In this document: in pieces, positions 28,301 to 38,347 of the stretch
Position numbering within the stretch: position 1 is the stretch's first letter
Layout: every line of letters begins with the position of its first letter
Assembly (NCBI GenBank): GCA_951406725.2
Contig: OX597822.1
Coordinates: 91,140,001-91,204,000, forward strand
Source of the DNA: Octopus vulgaris
Taxonomy: Eukaryota
Length of the DNA stretch: 64,000 bases
Direction of reading: 5' to 3'
Notes under the pieces: model-generated
What the model saw: only the letters and a program-made list of their open reading frames with translations
Database searches by the model: none
What the model was told of the DNA's origin: nothing
Made by a program: the position numbers and the translations under genes

Positions 28301-30768
28301 TCTTTAAAGCCCTTCTTCACTGAAGATGCTAAAGACAAAACATATGCAAAGGGGTCTTCCACACTTGCCAGAAAAATAAGAAAATAATAAATTTTTTACT
28401 CCTTGCATATTTGATTGCAAGTTAACTATTTAATAACTCTGCATTAAATATGCTAACATGCACTTAGCTACTATTTATTATTTTCATTTTGTTATAGCAT
28501 TATCAAAGACAAAACTTACAAAATACTAATAATGCAATGACCCACTCTATATAAATTACAAACACCACAAAATAATTACATTTTTAATGTATATACTCTT
28601 TTACTTGTTTCAGTCATTTGACTGTGGCCATGCTGGAGCACCACCTTTTTAGTCGAGCAAATCGACCCCAGGACTTATTCTTTGTAAGCCTAGTACTTAT
28701 TCTATCGAACCACTAAGTTACGGGGACGTAAACACACCAGCATCGGTTGTCAAGCGATGTTGGGGGGACAAACACAGACACACAAACATATATACGACGA
28801 GCTTCTTTCAGTTTCCGTCTACCAAATCCACTCACAAGGCTTTGGTCGGACTGAGGCTATGGCAGAAGACACTTGCCAAAGGTGCCACGCAGTGGGACTG
28901 AACCCGGAACCATGTGGTTCATAAGCAAGCTACTTACCACACAGCCACTCCTACACCTATACTACAATTCAAGCAGTATGACAAGATCTATTGTACATTT
29001 CTTCATGAAGTGAATATTCCAGTTCAAATACTAATATTCTTTGCAAAGCCTAACTTTTTGGTAAAAGAATTCATTTGACTAAATCAAATACAATAATTTG
29101 CTTGTGTTTCTATCCATGGGAAATGAAATATCAGTCATGAAACCTGTGCTAAATGAGAAATCACAATAAAATAAAGGTGTTCTGTCCATCTTCCTAACCA
29201 AAGTGTAAATACTACAAAAACTTTATAAATAATAAAGAAATTGTTGTAAGAGAAAGATAACACTGAAGTAGCTTCCCATTGCTAATTCCAAACCAATCAA
29301 ACAAACTGAACTTACAACAGTACCCATTTACAACCAGCTGTCCCAGAGCTGATTAGAGTGGTATTCACTAGGGAATTAAGTTGCAATTTTAGTGATGTAA
29401 AATAAAATATTAAAACATTAAACTATCAGTAGTTTACTTAGCCAGCATGAGTTGTTAGTTACTCTTTTATGATTCTGAATTATTGAACTGGCAAACATGG
29501 TGCAGCAGTAATTCCAGAGACTAAATTTCATTTAATTCACATATCACAAATACCTTTGGGAAAAGTAAACATCACAAACTATCACATTCACCAAAAATCT
29601 GTTCCATACCATAAATTTCAACTAGAACAAAGATTTACATTGCAACCAAGATACTCAAGATTTTCAGGTTCCAGCTAAGATTCTGCAATAAAAAGGTCAG
29701 GGAGTGGAATCTTTCAACGAATCCTGAGCATCACATAATCTCAGCAATCCTCATTAGTAGATTTTACCCCCTCTTTTACTTAACCAAGTTTCAAAAATAA
29801 AGAACCATATAGTTGTTTATTGAATAACCTAGCTATATAAAGATTTTCATTAACTGAAAATTCCGAAAAATAAAAAGAGGGGTCATATGGAGTGCTAAAG
29901 CCAAAATTCAACAAATACCCTTCAGTTGGAAAAGCTTACGATTACATAGTGACTTCATATAAAAATTATAACCCTAATTAGCGAAGGTAAAGAATACGCA
30001 CACCACCAGATTTCGGCGGTTAGGGTTGGTTTTAAGGTTCGGATTATGCCGAAACTGGGTGGTGTGCGTATTCTTTACTTCCGCCCCTAATTTACACCAC
30101 CTAAAATTAGCTTTCATTTTATCTTATCGAGTTTCAGCTCACGAGCTGTGGCAATGCTGGGGCACCGCTGTGAAAAATTTCATTGAAATTCATTTTTCAG
30201 AAAGTTTATAAACGTCGGTGAGGGGTGCCACACATCTGTAGTTACACCTAAAATTTTTATCATACAGTATACAAAAAGACTTGCACTGGAACGTGAACAG
30301 AAGTTACTGATTCCCTAGACGGCTGACAATTGTTATTTACAAAACGAAAAGTGTGTTTAAATGAAAAGACGAGTTTTGAGATCGCCGTTTTGAGACAGCC
30401 TCGACGGTGCAGAAGTTGAAGAAACAACAATAAACCTTCGACATACTAGGTACCCGAAATTCAGAATTTAAGTGTTGCTAAACTTTTCTGCTGCCAAGTT
30501 GGGATAACTAGAATACAAATTACTAAATGGATGTAAATAACTTTATTAAAATATAAACTATAAGTAGGCTTTCCGGTTAAATATATTAACCATAAATACA
30601 TTTGCACAATGTAAATAAAGAAAAACGAGAAATCGTTTTAAAAGTATCAGCAATGTACAATATAAATAGTTTAATGAGAGAAAAAGACTTATATAATGTT
30701 AAAAAGGATATATATTTACTTTGATTGCCACATTGGCCTAGTTGTAATGTGATCATTTCACGAGGCAT
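2609..30768 (-). CDS. TUBG1: Gamma-tubulin, complete 12-exon gene (1359 nt CDS, 452 aa): join complement(30720-30768, 27270-27320, 23899-23960, 22752-22919, 20160-20228, 16965-17044, 11963-12089, 10331-10417, 7454-7603, 4497-4649, 3249-3410, 2609-2809)
   Basis: Manual translation gives [18 protein letters not shown]...[28 protein letters not shown]...GGGAGNNWA...[14 protein letters not shown]...[12 protein letters not shown]...[19 protein letters not shown]...EYHAAT. All introns are GT-AG with matching phases. Confidence 0.98.
3249..3410 (-). CDS. TUBG1: gamma-tubulin exon 11 ([34 protein letters not shown]...HTSISS)
   Basis: within ORF 3210..3440, GTGAGT donor. Confidence 0.97.
4497..4649 (-). 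CDS. TUBG1: gamma-tubulin exon 10 ([25 protein letters not shown]...[10 protein letters not shown])
   Basis: translation, AG/GT boundaries. Confidence 0.97.
6463..6557 (-). ncRNA. Minimal type-I hammerhead ribozyme-like motif with extended stem II
   Basis: Minus strand: ggc-CTGATGA-[70 nt hairpin]-GAAAC-ACGT-GTT-gcc. Stem I is ggc/gcc and the 10-nt palindrome AACACGTGTT spans stem III. Confidence 0.7.
7454..7603 (-). CDS. TUBG1: gamma-tubulin exon 9 ([22 protein letters not shown]...[10 protein letters not shown])
   Basis: within ORF 7382..7615, AG/GT boundaries. Confidence 0.97.
7685..8060 (+). mobile_element. Interspersed repeat family C, LINE-tail/SINE-like, with internal ~45-bp subrepeats and (GAT)n tail. 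Other copies at about 1178-1262, 4150-4398, 12280-12780, 14293-14560, 24250-24580, 48900-49225, 54860-55205
   Basis: repeated ggcacgtaaaaagcacccactacactc...aacccatgctagcatggaaa...gatgatgat. Confidence 0.8.
8700..10100 (+). mobile_element. Degraded RTE-type LINE (RT and C-terminal relic), interrupted by a SINE
   Basis: Relics resembling FIDFEKAFDSL and LDWNP.RKR; similar to the cleaner copy at 41800-42265. Confidence 0.6.
10331..10417 (-). CDS. TUBG1: gamma-tubulin exon 8 ([29 protein letters not shown])
   Basis: translation, ttacAG / GTGGGT. Confidence 0.96.
11963..12089 (-). CDS. TUBG1: gamma-tubulin exon 7 ([42 protein letters not shown])
   Basis: translation, ttgcAG / GTAAGC. Confidence 0.97.
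13900..14277 (+). mobile_element. Non-autonomous Helitron (chimeric interior)
   Basis: A|TC start, 3' hairpin-like gggttggcaacgccagtc followed by gatactgCTAG|T; 5' part matches the 32067-32675 family. Confidence 0.75.
15130..15540 (-). mobile_element. CR1/L2-type LINE 3' relic
   Basis: [30 protein letters not shown] resembles the CR1-clade C-terminal YxERLxxLxLxSLxxRR motif. Confidence 0.6.
16965..17044 (-). CDS. TUBG1: gamma-tubulin exon 6 ([27 protein letters not shown])
   Basis: tubulin signature GGTGSG, AG/GT boundaries. Confidence 0.97.
17134..18008 (-). mobile_element. Tc1/mariner element relic with TIRs
   Basis: TIR CAAGGTGTTCAGGCTAA / TTAGCCTGAACACCCTG followed by TA; transposase relic [16 protein letters not shown] (WPxxSPDLNPxD region). 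Confidence 0.8.
19530..19860 (+). mobile_element. RTE LINE reverse transcriptase fragment
   Basis: [18 protein letters not shown] and ELLYADD readable in the sequence. Confidence 0.75.
20160..20228 (-). CDS. TUBG1: gamma-tubulin exon 5 ([23 protein letters not shown])
   Basis: translation, tttttAG / GTAAGT. Confidence 0.96.
20540..22210 (-). mobile_element. Ty3/gypsy LTR retrotransposon relic (PBS, gag with zinc knuckles, protease)
   Basis: PBS-like TGGCAACGAG (22030-22021); gag [21 protein letters not shown]; CYGCGGLH and CGKIGHK knuckles; protease [14 protein letters not shown] near 21040-21070; many stops and frameshifts. Confidence 0.8.
22495..22714. mobile_element. piggyBac-type MITE, same family as 2352-2573, opposite orientation
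   Basis: TTAA flanks, CCCTTTAG TIRs, internal sequence is the reverse complement of the first copy. Confidence 0.85.
22752..22919 (-). CDS. TUBG1: gamma-tubulin exon 4 ([20 protein letters not shown]...[14 protein letters not shown])
   Basis: translation, AG/GT boundaries, 168 nt. Confidence 0.97.
23899..23960 (-). CDS. TUBG1: gamma-tubulin exon 3 ([21 protein letters not shown])
   Basis: tgcAG acceptor, GTAAGT donor. Confidence 0.96.
24818..25424 (+). mobile_element. Composite relic: Penelope-like RT thumb fragment (+) fused to RTE RT fragment (-)
   Basis: EFLDISV...[30 protein letters not shown] (Penelope-like); opposite strand [21 protein letters not shown] (RTE-like). Confidence 0.75.
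27270..27320 (-). CDS. TUBG1: gamma-tubulin exon 2 ([17 protein letters not shown])
   Basis: ctcctcAG acceptor, GTATTG donor, phase 1/1. Confidence 0.96.
27551..27879. mobile_element. Degenerate MITE-like inverted repeat (~110-bp arms)
   Basis: cactcagacatgtgaaga / tcttcacatgtctgagtg; acacattgggctgtgaat / attcacagcccaatgtgt. Confidence 0.65.
29980..30084. mobile_element. ~105-bp micro-MITE with 8-bp TSD
   Basis: ~36-bp TIRs gtaaagaatacgcacaccacc / ggtggtgtgcgtattctttac; CCCTAATT repeated at 29972-29979 and 30085-30092. Confidence 0.7.
30720..30768 (-). CDS. TUBG1: gamma-tubulin coding exon 1 ([16 protein letters not shown])
   Basis: ATG at 30768, MPRE start typical of gamma-tubulin, donor GTAAAT. 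Confidence 0.97.
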
Positions 30769-30779
30769 CTTGTCTAAAT

Positions 30780-31080
30780 GGGATGATGAGGCACGAAAAA
30801 TGTATTGACTATCTCTTCAGAAATGGCGGCAAAGTTCGGGTTGAAGATTTTACGTAAATCGCGAATAAGTTCAAAATGTTTGGGAAGGAAGAAGAAGTGT
30901 GTGAGAATATAGTACAAGATATAAATCATATATTATATATTTCCAGATTTTTTTCGGTTATCCCTAAGGTAACCGTCTGAAACAATTACTTTTCAAAATA
31001 AAAAAAAATACCCGCCCTGAACATTGCGCATGCTTAGACGACTGCTGACTTGCGAAAGCGTGTGGGACTTTTCACAATTA
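30780..31080 (-). promoter_or_regulatory. Putative gamma-tubulin promoter / 5' UTR region
   Basis: Immediately upstream of the ATG; YY1-like AAATGGCGGC (30821-30830) and NRF1-like TGCGCATGC (~31025-31033); locally CpG-richer. Confidence 0.45.
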
Positions 31081-31161
31081 TGGAGATGTACTTGCATAGC
31101 ACGTGACTTGATCTGAGATCGTGTGCTGGAACGAAAACAATTGCAGCGTGGAAGATGTTTA

Positions 31162-32051
31162 GGCGATCTTTCGTTTGTAGTAGCATGTTTCCGTCGATGA
31201 TTTCCGTAAAAAACTTTTATTTTTTTACATATGGCCTTGCGGGAACATTTTAAGTAATGAAAGCGATTTTATGACGAGGGAATTTCTTTTGAAGTTAGCG
31301 AAGCATTGATGTACATGTGTGTGTGTATGTGTGTGTTTGATGGGGTGTGGGAGACAGACAGTATGTTGTGTAAGTGAAGTGCTTCTGTTAGTGTGTGTGA
31401 AGAGACAGAGAGAGTAATGTGTGAAAGAGAGAGATAACTGAAATTTTTTACTCGGTGTATGTGTATATGTATGTATGCATGTATGTGTGTGTATGTATCT
31501 ATGTATGTGTGTGTGTATGTATCTATGTATGTGTGTGTGTATGTATGTATGGCCGATTCAGTGTAATTTTTTACTCGGTGTATGTGTATATGTATGTCTG
31601 AATGTATGTATGTATGTGTGTATGTATCTATGTGTGTATGTATGTATGTATGGCCGATTCAGTGTAATTTTTTACTCGGTGTATGTGTATATGTATGTCT
31701 GCATGTATGTGTGTGTGTGTATGTATCTACACATACACCGAGTAAAAAATTTCAGTTATCTCTCTCTTTCACACATTACTCTCTCTGTCTCTTCACACAC
31801 TAACAGAAGCACTTCACTTACACAACATACTGTCTGTCTCCTACACCCCATCAAACACATACACACACACACACACATGTACATCAATGCTTTGATAACT
31901 TCAAAAGAAATTCCCTCGTCATAAAATCGCTTTCTCTTAGTCTCTTTCGCTCTCATTACTTAAAATGTTCCCGCAAGCCCATATGTAAAAAAATAAAAGT
32001 TTTTTACGGAAATCATTGACGGAAACGTGCTACTACAAATGAAAGATCGCC
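31162..32051. mobile_element. Foldback-type DNA element with ~310-bp TIRs, microsatellite core and 8-bp TSD
   Basis: GGCGATCTTTC...GAAAGATCGCC termini; GATGTTTA at 31154-31161 and 32052-32059. Confidence 0.88.
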
Positions 32052-32066
32052 GATGTTTATAAGCCA

Positions 32067-32675
32067 CTAGCAGTATCGCCCGGCGTTGCTCGGGTTTGTA
32101 AGGGAAATAACTATATAAGCATTTGTAGAGAGTTATAGCCAAAAAAATAGCAAAAAAATGCATTAAAAATGGAAAACAAATGATGGTAATTGTTATATTT
32201 CGGAATGGTCATATTGCCAGTTTAGCCAATAAAAACACACGCACTATATATTTGGTGTTACTTTGCTTCAGTGTTATTTATTTTTTACATTAATCTTAAT
32301 CTTATTTCGGCCAGAGTTCTTTTGTCACACTCCTGTGACCGCATCAGTGGTCCTTTGTTTGTTTTCTTCTTACTTATTTGTGTCTCTCCTTACTAACCGT
32401 CAGTTTTTTTTAAATTGTTGACTCATCGTAGACATTTTTAGAGAGTTACTTCCCTTATATAATAGCGATAAATGCATTAAAATGGAAAAAAATGATGGTA
32501 AATTTTTTTTTAATCGTAGACTCATCGTAGACGTGCGCTAATACCCAGAAGGGCTCGATATGAATCACGACTATAAGATACCCGGTTTTGGTTAAACTGC
32601 ACCGCAAAATGTGGGAGTAGTTAGGAATCTAAATCGTAGGAGACAGACACACAACTTCACTTTTATATATAAAGA
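32067..32675 (-). mobile_element. Non-autonomous Helitron with a ~210-bp internal insert
   Basis: Minus strand A|TCTTTATATATAAAA...cccgagcaacgccgggcgatactgCTAG|T, no TSD. Confidence 0.85.
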
Positions 32676-32751
32676 TTTAAGAAACACACAAAAACCGTTA
32701 CATTCACTTCAACATTTAAATTTAATTTGTCAAAATATTTTCGTCGCTTTG

Positions 32752-33790
32752 AGAAAATAAATGTCTTTTAATGAAATTGTATATAAATACCTTTCAAACG
32801 ACATGCATTACAGATGCCTAATGTGTTGTAAACCCCTTATTTAAGTTCCGAAAAAAAAGGAACAGACCGGAATTATTGGAAAATGTTTTTCTGTTTTTTT
32901 CGATGAATGACCTAATATGCCACAAAAACTTTTTTGTCTGGAAAACGGGGGCTGTTTCTTTCTTTAAAAGTTCGTTAAATTTTTACAAGTGTACCTTTAC
33001 CATAACAAGGAATCCAAAGAAACTTTTTTTTAAAAAATGAGTTTTTGAATGTGAGGAGATAACATTTTGCGAAAATACATTTTCTAGACTGTGGATTACA
33101 TAAGATTGAAAATTCAAACAAGTTTGAAAAGAATAATAAGTGAAAATGCTGAAGTTATAAAAATTAGTGGTAACAAAATCTGGACAGGAGAGAGAAAGAA
33201 TGATGCAAAATTATAATATTAAAACAAAATATCTTTTACATACCTCTTTAAAATCACTGGATATACTAATCCCAGATTGCAGATTGTGGTATTAGGTCAC
33301 TGTAATTCATTCATTGAAAAAAATAAAAACATTTTCCAATAATTCTGGTTTCTACCCCACCTTATTCCAAACAAAAATAAAGGGTTTGCGGCACATTAGG
33401 CATCTGTAATGCATGCTGTTTGAAAGGTATATATATACAATTTCATTAAAAGATATCCATTTTCTTTAAAGTTACAAGGGAAAAAATGGGATCTTGTGAA
33501 TTTTCTGAAAGTCCTCTCTCCACCCCAAGATTTTCCCCTCAAATTTCTTTATAACCATAACAATATAACAGTTATGAGGGAAAACATCAGATCTTGTGAA
33601 TTTTCCAAAGTCCTCTTCCCACCCTCTTGGAAAAGATTTTCCCTACAAATTTCTTTAGAGTTGTAATCTATGCAGTTTGAAAGGTTTCATAGAAATCTAT
33701 GAAATTTCATTTAAAAAATCCCATTTTTCCTAAAAGTTATGAGGGAAAAACTCAGATCTTGTGAATTTTCTGAAGTCCTCTTCCCCCAAC
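32752..33790. repeat. Degenerate ~170-bp inverted repeat (32752-32922 / 33284-33464) followed by three related copies of a repeat unit
   Basis: catgcattacagatgcctaatgtg / cacattaggcatctgtaatgcatg; repeated gatcttgtgaattttc..aagtcctct. Confidence 0.6.
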
Positions 33791-35348
33791 CCCCACTCCA
33801 TTGCTTTCCATGCATTTTTGTTTTCATATTTGTTTCCTACACATTTTTTATACACCCATTGCACTATTTTTTTTTAAAATTTCATTTCCAGGTAATATTG
33901 TAAACATTAACCGAAATGTTTTCAAATTAGTTTCGACATGAGGTTCCAACCCTAATCCTTTCTTCAAAATTGGTTTCAAATTTTGGCAAAAGACCAGCAA
34001 TTTTGGGAATGGAATTGATACTTTTTTTATTCAACCCCAAAAGGATAAAAGGCAAAGTGAATATCAGCAGAATTTGTACTCAGAACGTAAGGACGGATGA
34101 AATACCGCAAAGTATTTTCCCCGTGTACTAACAATTCTGCCAGCTCGCCACTTTATATTGAAAGTGCTAACATCATTGTTATTTCATGTTTTTTAAAGCA
34201 TTATAACTGTGACTATTCCATCTTTATAAAAAAACAGTGCAAACATCACCAACTTGTTTTTTTTATAAGCACTCTAAATGTGACCATCCGACCATGACTA
34301 GCAGTTTTGATTTTGGTTTTATTGTTTAAAGCAGGCACACTGACCATCACCTTTTATGAATTATTTTGGGATCTTTTCTATTAGACTTTCCCTTTGCAAT
34401 TCCTTTAATTTTGTTCCAATAGTTTTAAAATTTAATGCAATGATATAGTTTTGTATTCTAATTATGGAAATGAAATTCATTTTTGTCATAAATTAGTAAA
34501 TAAAAAGTTAATAGCTTTAGACTTTGCAAATTTTGGGTAATTTTAGCCCATAATAAGCTACAGGCACATTGGTACCTCTTTCTATGGTAACAAATCAAGC
34601 TACTGTCTGTTTAAAACTACTATAATCACTATGTACCTACATTCTGAACTTCCATTTTTTCATTTTCTCTACAAAATATAGTTTACATGTTTGGTAATTT
34701 TTCACAAAAAAATTTCAATGCGGATTTTTCCTCTTAAAATTATTTACATGCCTGTTCAAAAGTTTGTTTTGCATTTTTTTTATCAGTAAGAAAAACTAAT
34801 GGGTCTTTTCTGTCAGTTTTTGAAATTTTAAAATTAAGTAAAAATTTTCAAATTTGATATCTCACTGAATTTGATTTTTGAAAGATGTTCAAATTATGCT
34901 TCTGGAACAGGTGAATAACTACATACATCAGATTCAGTGTGAAAAATTACATCAATATACCAAATTTTAAAATGTTCACTTAATTTTAAAATTTCACAAC
35001 ATAAAAGCCAATCAGAAAAGATCCAAGTTGTTAATTCCTGCTTAAAAAAATATTAATTAATGTGATTTTCGGCATCAGCATGTCAAACTACATTAAAAAA
35101 AAAAAAATCTGGTGAAAATTTGAAAATCTTCAAGTGGTTGGAAGAATTTAGAATCCCACTATTTGTAAGAGCATGACAACTGTGATCATCTTGTTTTTTT
35201 TTTTGTTGTTTTTTTTTTAAACCATTCCAGTTATAACTCTAGTCTTGATCAGAAACGTTGCAACTGTGACTTTCTATCTTTATAAAAAGATTTATATTAG
35301 AAGTGATGCAACTATGAAAATGTCTTTCTAAAAGTATTTTATTCATGA

Positions 35349-35726
35349 CTAGCAGTATCGCCTGGCGTTGCCCGGGTTTGTAAGGGAAATAATTATATAA
35401 GCATTTTTAGAGAGTTATAGCCAAAAAATAGCAAAAAAATGCATTAAAAATGGAAAACAAATGATGGTAAATTTTTTTTTAAATCGTTGATTCATCGTAG
35501 AAATTTTTAGAGAGTTACTTCCCTTATATAATAGCGAAAAAAAGATGGTAAATTTTTTTTTAAATCGTAGACTCATTGTAGACGCGCGCTAATACTCAGA
35601 AAGGCTCGATATGAATCACGACTATAAGATACCCAGTTTTGGTTAAACTGCACCGCAAAATGTGGGAGTAGTTACGAATCTAAATCGTAGGAGACAGACA
35701 CACAACTTCTCTTTTATATATAAAGA
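35349..35726 (-). mobile_element. Non-autonomous Helitron, same family as 32067-32675
   Basis: TC...hairpin...CTAG termini at an A|T site. Confidence 0.85.
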
Positions 35727-35871
35727 TTATCTTGCATTCCTAATGTTACTATCCTATCTTTTCCCCAAGCCCTCCCCACCAAAAAAGAACACTTCTAATC
35801 ATGTCTATCCAGTAATTTTTTATAAGGAATCTTCAATCATGTTTATTTCTGGTGTCCGGCATTATATTGAA

Positions 35872-36486
35872 AAGCTTTTGCTGACTCAGTCCACTTGTAA
35901 AAAGTTATTGTTATGCATACAACTTGACCCAGAAAGTAGTGGAAGCACTATGTAAATGATAGCTTCTCACACTGTAGCAATATTTAATTAAGCTTATAAA
36001 CTTAAAGGTGATTCCAAAGAGAGAAATAATTACAGACGTATCAAGTTGCTGGACCAGTTCCTGAAAGTTACAAAGTGTTATAACACGACTTAAAAAGAGG
36101 ATTAGACTAGATTAGACAGTTCACTTTTATGCCTGCAACAAGTACTACTGATGCTCTCTTCATAGTAAGGCAAATGCAGGAGAAGTATTTAGCCAAAAGT
36201 AAACTGCTGTTCTGGGCATTAATCAACCTAGAGAAAGTCTCTCACAGAATCGCTCACTCCCAGATCTGGAGATCACTGTGGCAGCTAGGAGTATGAGTCT
36301 CAAAGTCATGGTTATCACTGCAGAACCAGCATAGATGGAGGAATTGGGAGTAGGGGATGGAGAGCTGGGTGTGGGTAGGGTGGGAGGAGGAGAAGTTAAG
36401 GTAGGAGTGTGAGTCAGTGTATTTGTAGTGGTTGGAGGTATTGAGAGCGGAGTGGTGGATGCTGACAGAAATGTCAAGAAATTCGA
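35872..36486 (-). mobile_element. Inverted near-identical copy of the 24818-25424 composite relic
   Basis: reverse-complement match, same ORF fragments (36254..36598 vs 24699..25049). Confidence 0.8.
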
Positions 36487-37239
36487 CAAGAGTTAGAGAT
36501 AGTGCAGTAGAATTCGAGGGCAGGATGGAAGGATTGGACAAAAGAGAGGAAGGAGTCTGGTTGTTCACAGGAGAGTGAGGTTGTGCCAAATCAGTCATTG
36601 ATATAATGATATCAGCTCAAAACAAAGAATACCATTGGTTAAAATTCGAATAATTAAACTACGTTAAACTTAGTAATTACAATTTCGTTTTCAATTTGGT
36701 TTACAATAATGTTTTCTTTTGACACATTCTACCAGTATACGAAGTTTCAAATTGTTTAGTTAACTAGAAAATTCTGTCCATCTTTTAGAAAAGATCCAAA
36801 GTTTTTTTTTTTTATATATATATGGAGGGTTAGGGTTTGTGTTAGTGTTAGGGTTAGGGTTTGTGTTAGGGTTGGGAGAAAAGGGCTTCTGTTATCTTCA
36901 GAAATGTAAACAAAGTCACGTGTGTACATATACCGAAGGATCGCCTCATACCCTAACCCTGACACAAACCCTAACCCTAACCCCCCCATATATAAAAAAA
37001 AAAACACTTTCTTGAAATGTATCCGGTACTTATACCGAAGTTACACCTTTTCTACATATTCCACCAATTTTGAAACGAAGATTTTTTTGCATATTCAGCA
37101 TCTCTGCATTTGCTATAGTGGGTTCCAGTAAAAAAATAAAACATCCATAATGGGGTGCGGTCCGTTGTTTTTACCCCCGCCGTGAAGATCATGGACCGTA
37201 CCCACTTCGCGGGTCCAGATGGGGGATACATAAACGTCT

Positions 37240-37655
37240 GGGCGGTGAGCTGGCAGAAACGTTAGCATGCCGGGTGAAATGCGTAGCTGTATTTTGTCTG
37301 CCGTTACGTTCTGAGTTCAAATTCCGCCGAGGTCGACTTTGCCTTTCATCCTTTCGGGGTCGATAAATTAAGTACCAGTTACGCACTGGGGTCGATATAA
37401 TCGACTTAATCCCTTTGTCTGTCCTTGTTTGTCCCCTCTGTGTTTAGCCCCTTGTGGGTAGTAAAGAAATAGGTATTTCATCTGCTGCTACGTTCTGAGT
37501 TCAAATTCCGCCGAGGTTGACTTTGCCTTTCATCCTTTCGGGGTCTATAAATTAAGTACCAGTTACGCACTGGGGTCGATATAATCGACTTAATCCCTTT
37601 GTCTGTCCTTGTTTGTCCCCTCTGTGTTTAGCCCCTTGTGGGTAGTAAAGAAATA
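37240..37655 (+). mobile_element. tRNA-derived SINE family B with internally duplicated 3' half. Other copies at about 9745-9932, 34020-34150, 48050-48283, 49470-49640, 55495-55568, 57988-58340
   Basis: ggcggtgagctggcagaaacgttagc head, GAGTTCAAATTCC B box, shared core gcctttcatcctttcggggtcgataaa. Confidence 0.85.
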
Positions 37656-37943
37656 GATACGTAAACGAAACCCTTCTTCCCTTAATTTATTAATTTTTTT
37701 TACGGAATCCCACGTTTTAGGCTATAGATTCCAATTCTGAAAAAATTTTTTCAAAAATCGAAAATTCAAAATTTAAACATCCCCTCTCTCCATTTCTTCA
37801 TTTTCCACTTCTTCCAGAAAAAATTTTGGGCAAAATACGTGCAAAAATACAGAGATTATGATTCTGCAGTTTCAAATTGTTTAGTTAACTAGGAAAATCT
37901 GGCTTTCAAAAAGAAAAGATCCCAGTTTTGTTACATTTTTTTT

Positions 37944-38347
37944 GGACCTTTTCAGTTTGAACGGCAGTTTTTAACATAATTTCCACGTAACTAAACACTT
38001 TTAAACTTCGTATACTGGTAGAATGTGCTTATAAAACATCTTTTTCTCTTGGCTTTATTGAGAAAATTCTATGGTTTGTAAGATATTTGTTTTTTTTCTT
38101 CAATTTCTGCAATTTCAACCAATCAATGACGTCCATTGAGGTAAAATACATTCTGTGCCGTATGAATATGTCCCTCGTTTAAGAAATAGATTGGGTTTAT
38201 TTACATTTGTGAAAAAAAAGATACCCTCCCCCACCCTAATCCTAAAACAGATTGAAATTCAATAGATCGATACAAGGGTCATAATTATGGGTAACAATTT
38301 CATATGACACCGCTAGAAAAAACTGCCGTTCAAACCGAAAAGATCCC
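37944..38347 (+). mobile_element. ~400-bp MITE with GGATCTTTTCGGTTTGAACGGCAG TIRs and internal CCCTAA motifs. Other copies: 39128-39532 (inverted), 51261-52015 (triple 5' restarts), fragments 36660-36800 and 44321-44483
   Basis: TIRs visible at both ends, multiple copies. Confidence 0.82.

Noticed and set aside
30823-30912. Plus-strand mini-ORF MAAKFGLKILRKSRISSKCLGRKKKCVRI resembling a mitochondrial presequence
   Set aside because: Only 55 nt from the tubulin ATG, stops after 29 codons, no downstream exons identified; better explained as a YY1-like promoter motif.
32310-32360. Minus-strand CTGATGC-ggtca...tggcc-GAAAT, and similar CTGATGC...GAAAC at 12255-12283
   Set aside because: A9 core position is altered and no stem I or NUH triplet can be formed; at most decayed hammerhead relics.
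36826-36986. Interstitial telomere or chromosome fusion site
   Set aside because: Only a few degenerate TTAGGG units inside an inverted-repeat element.
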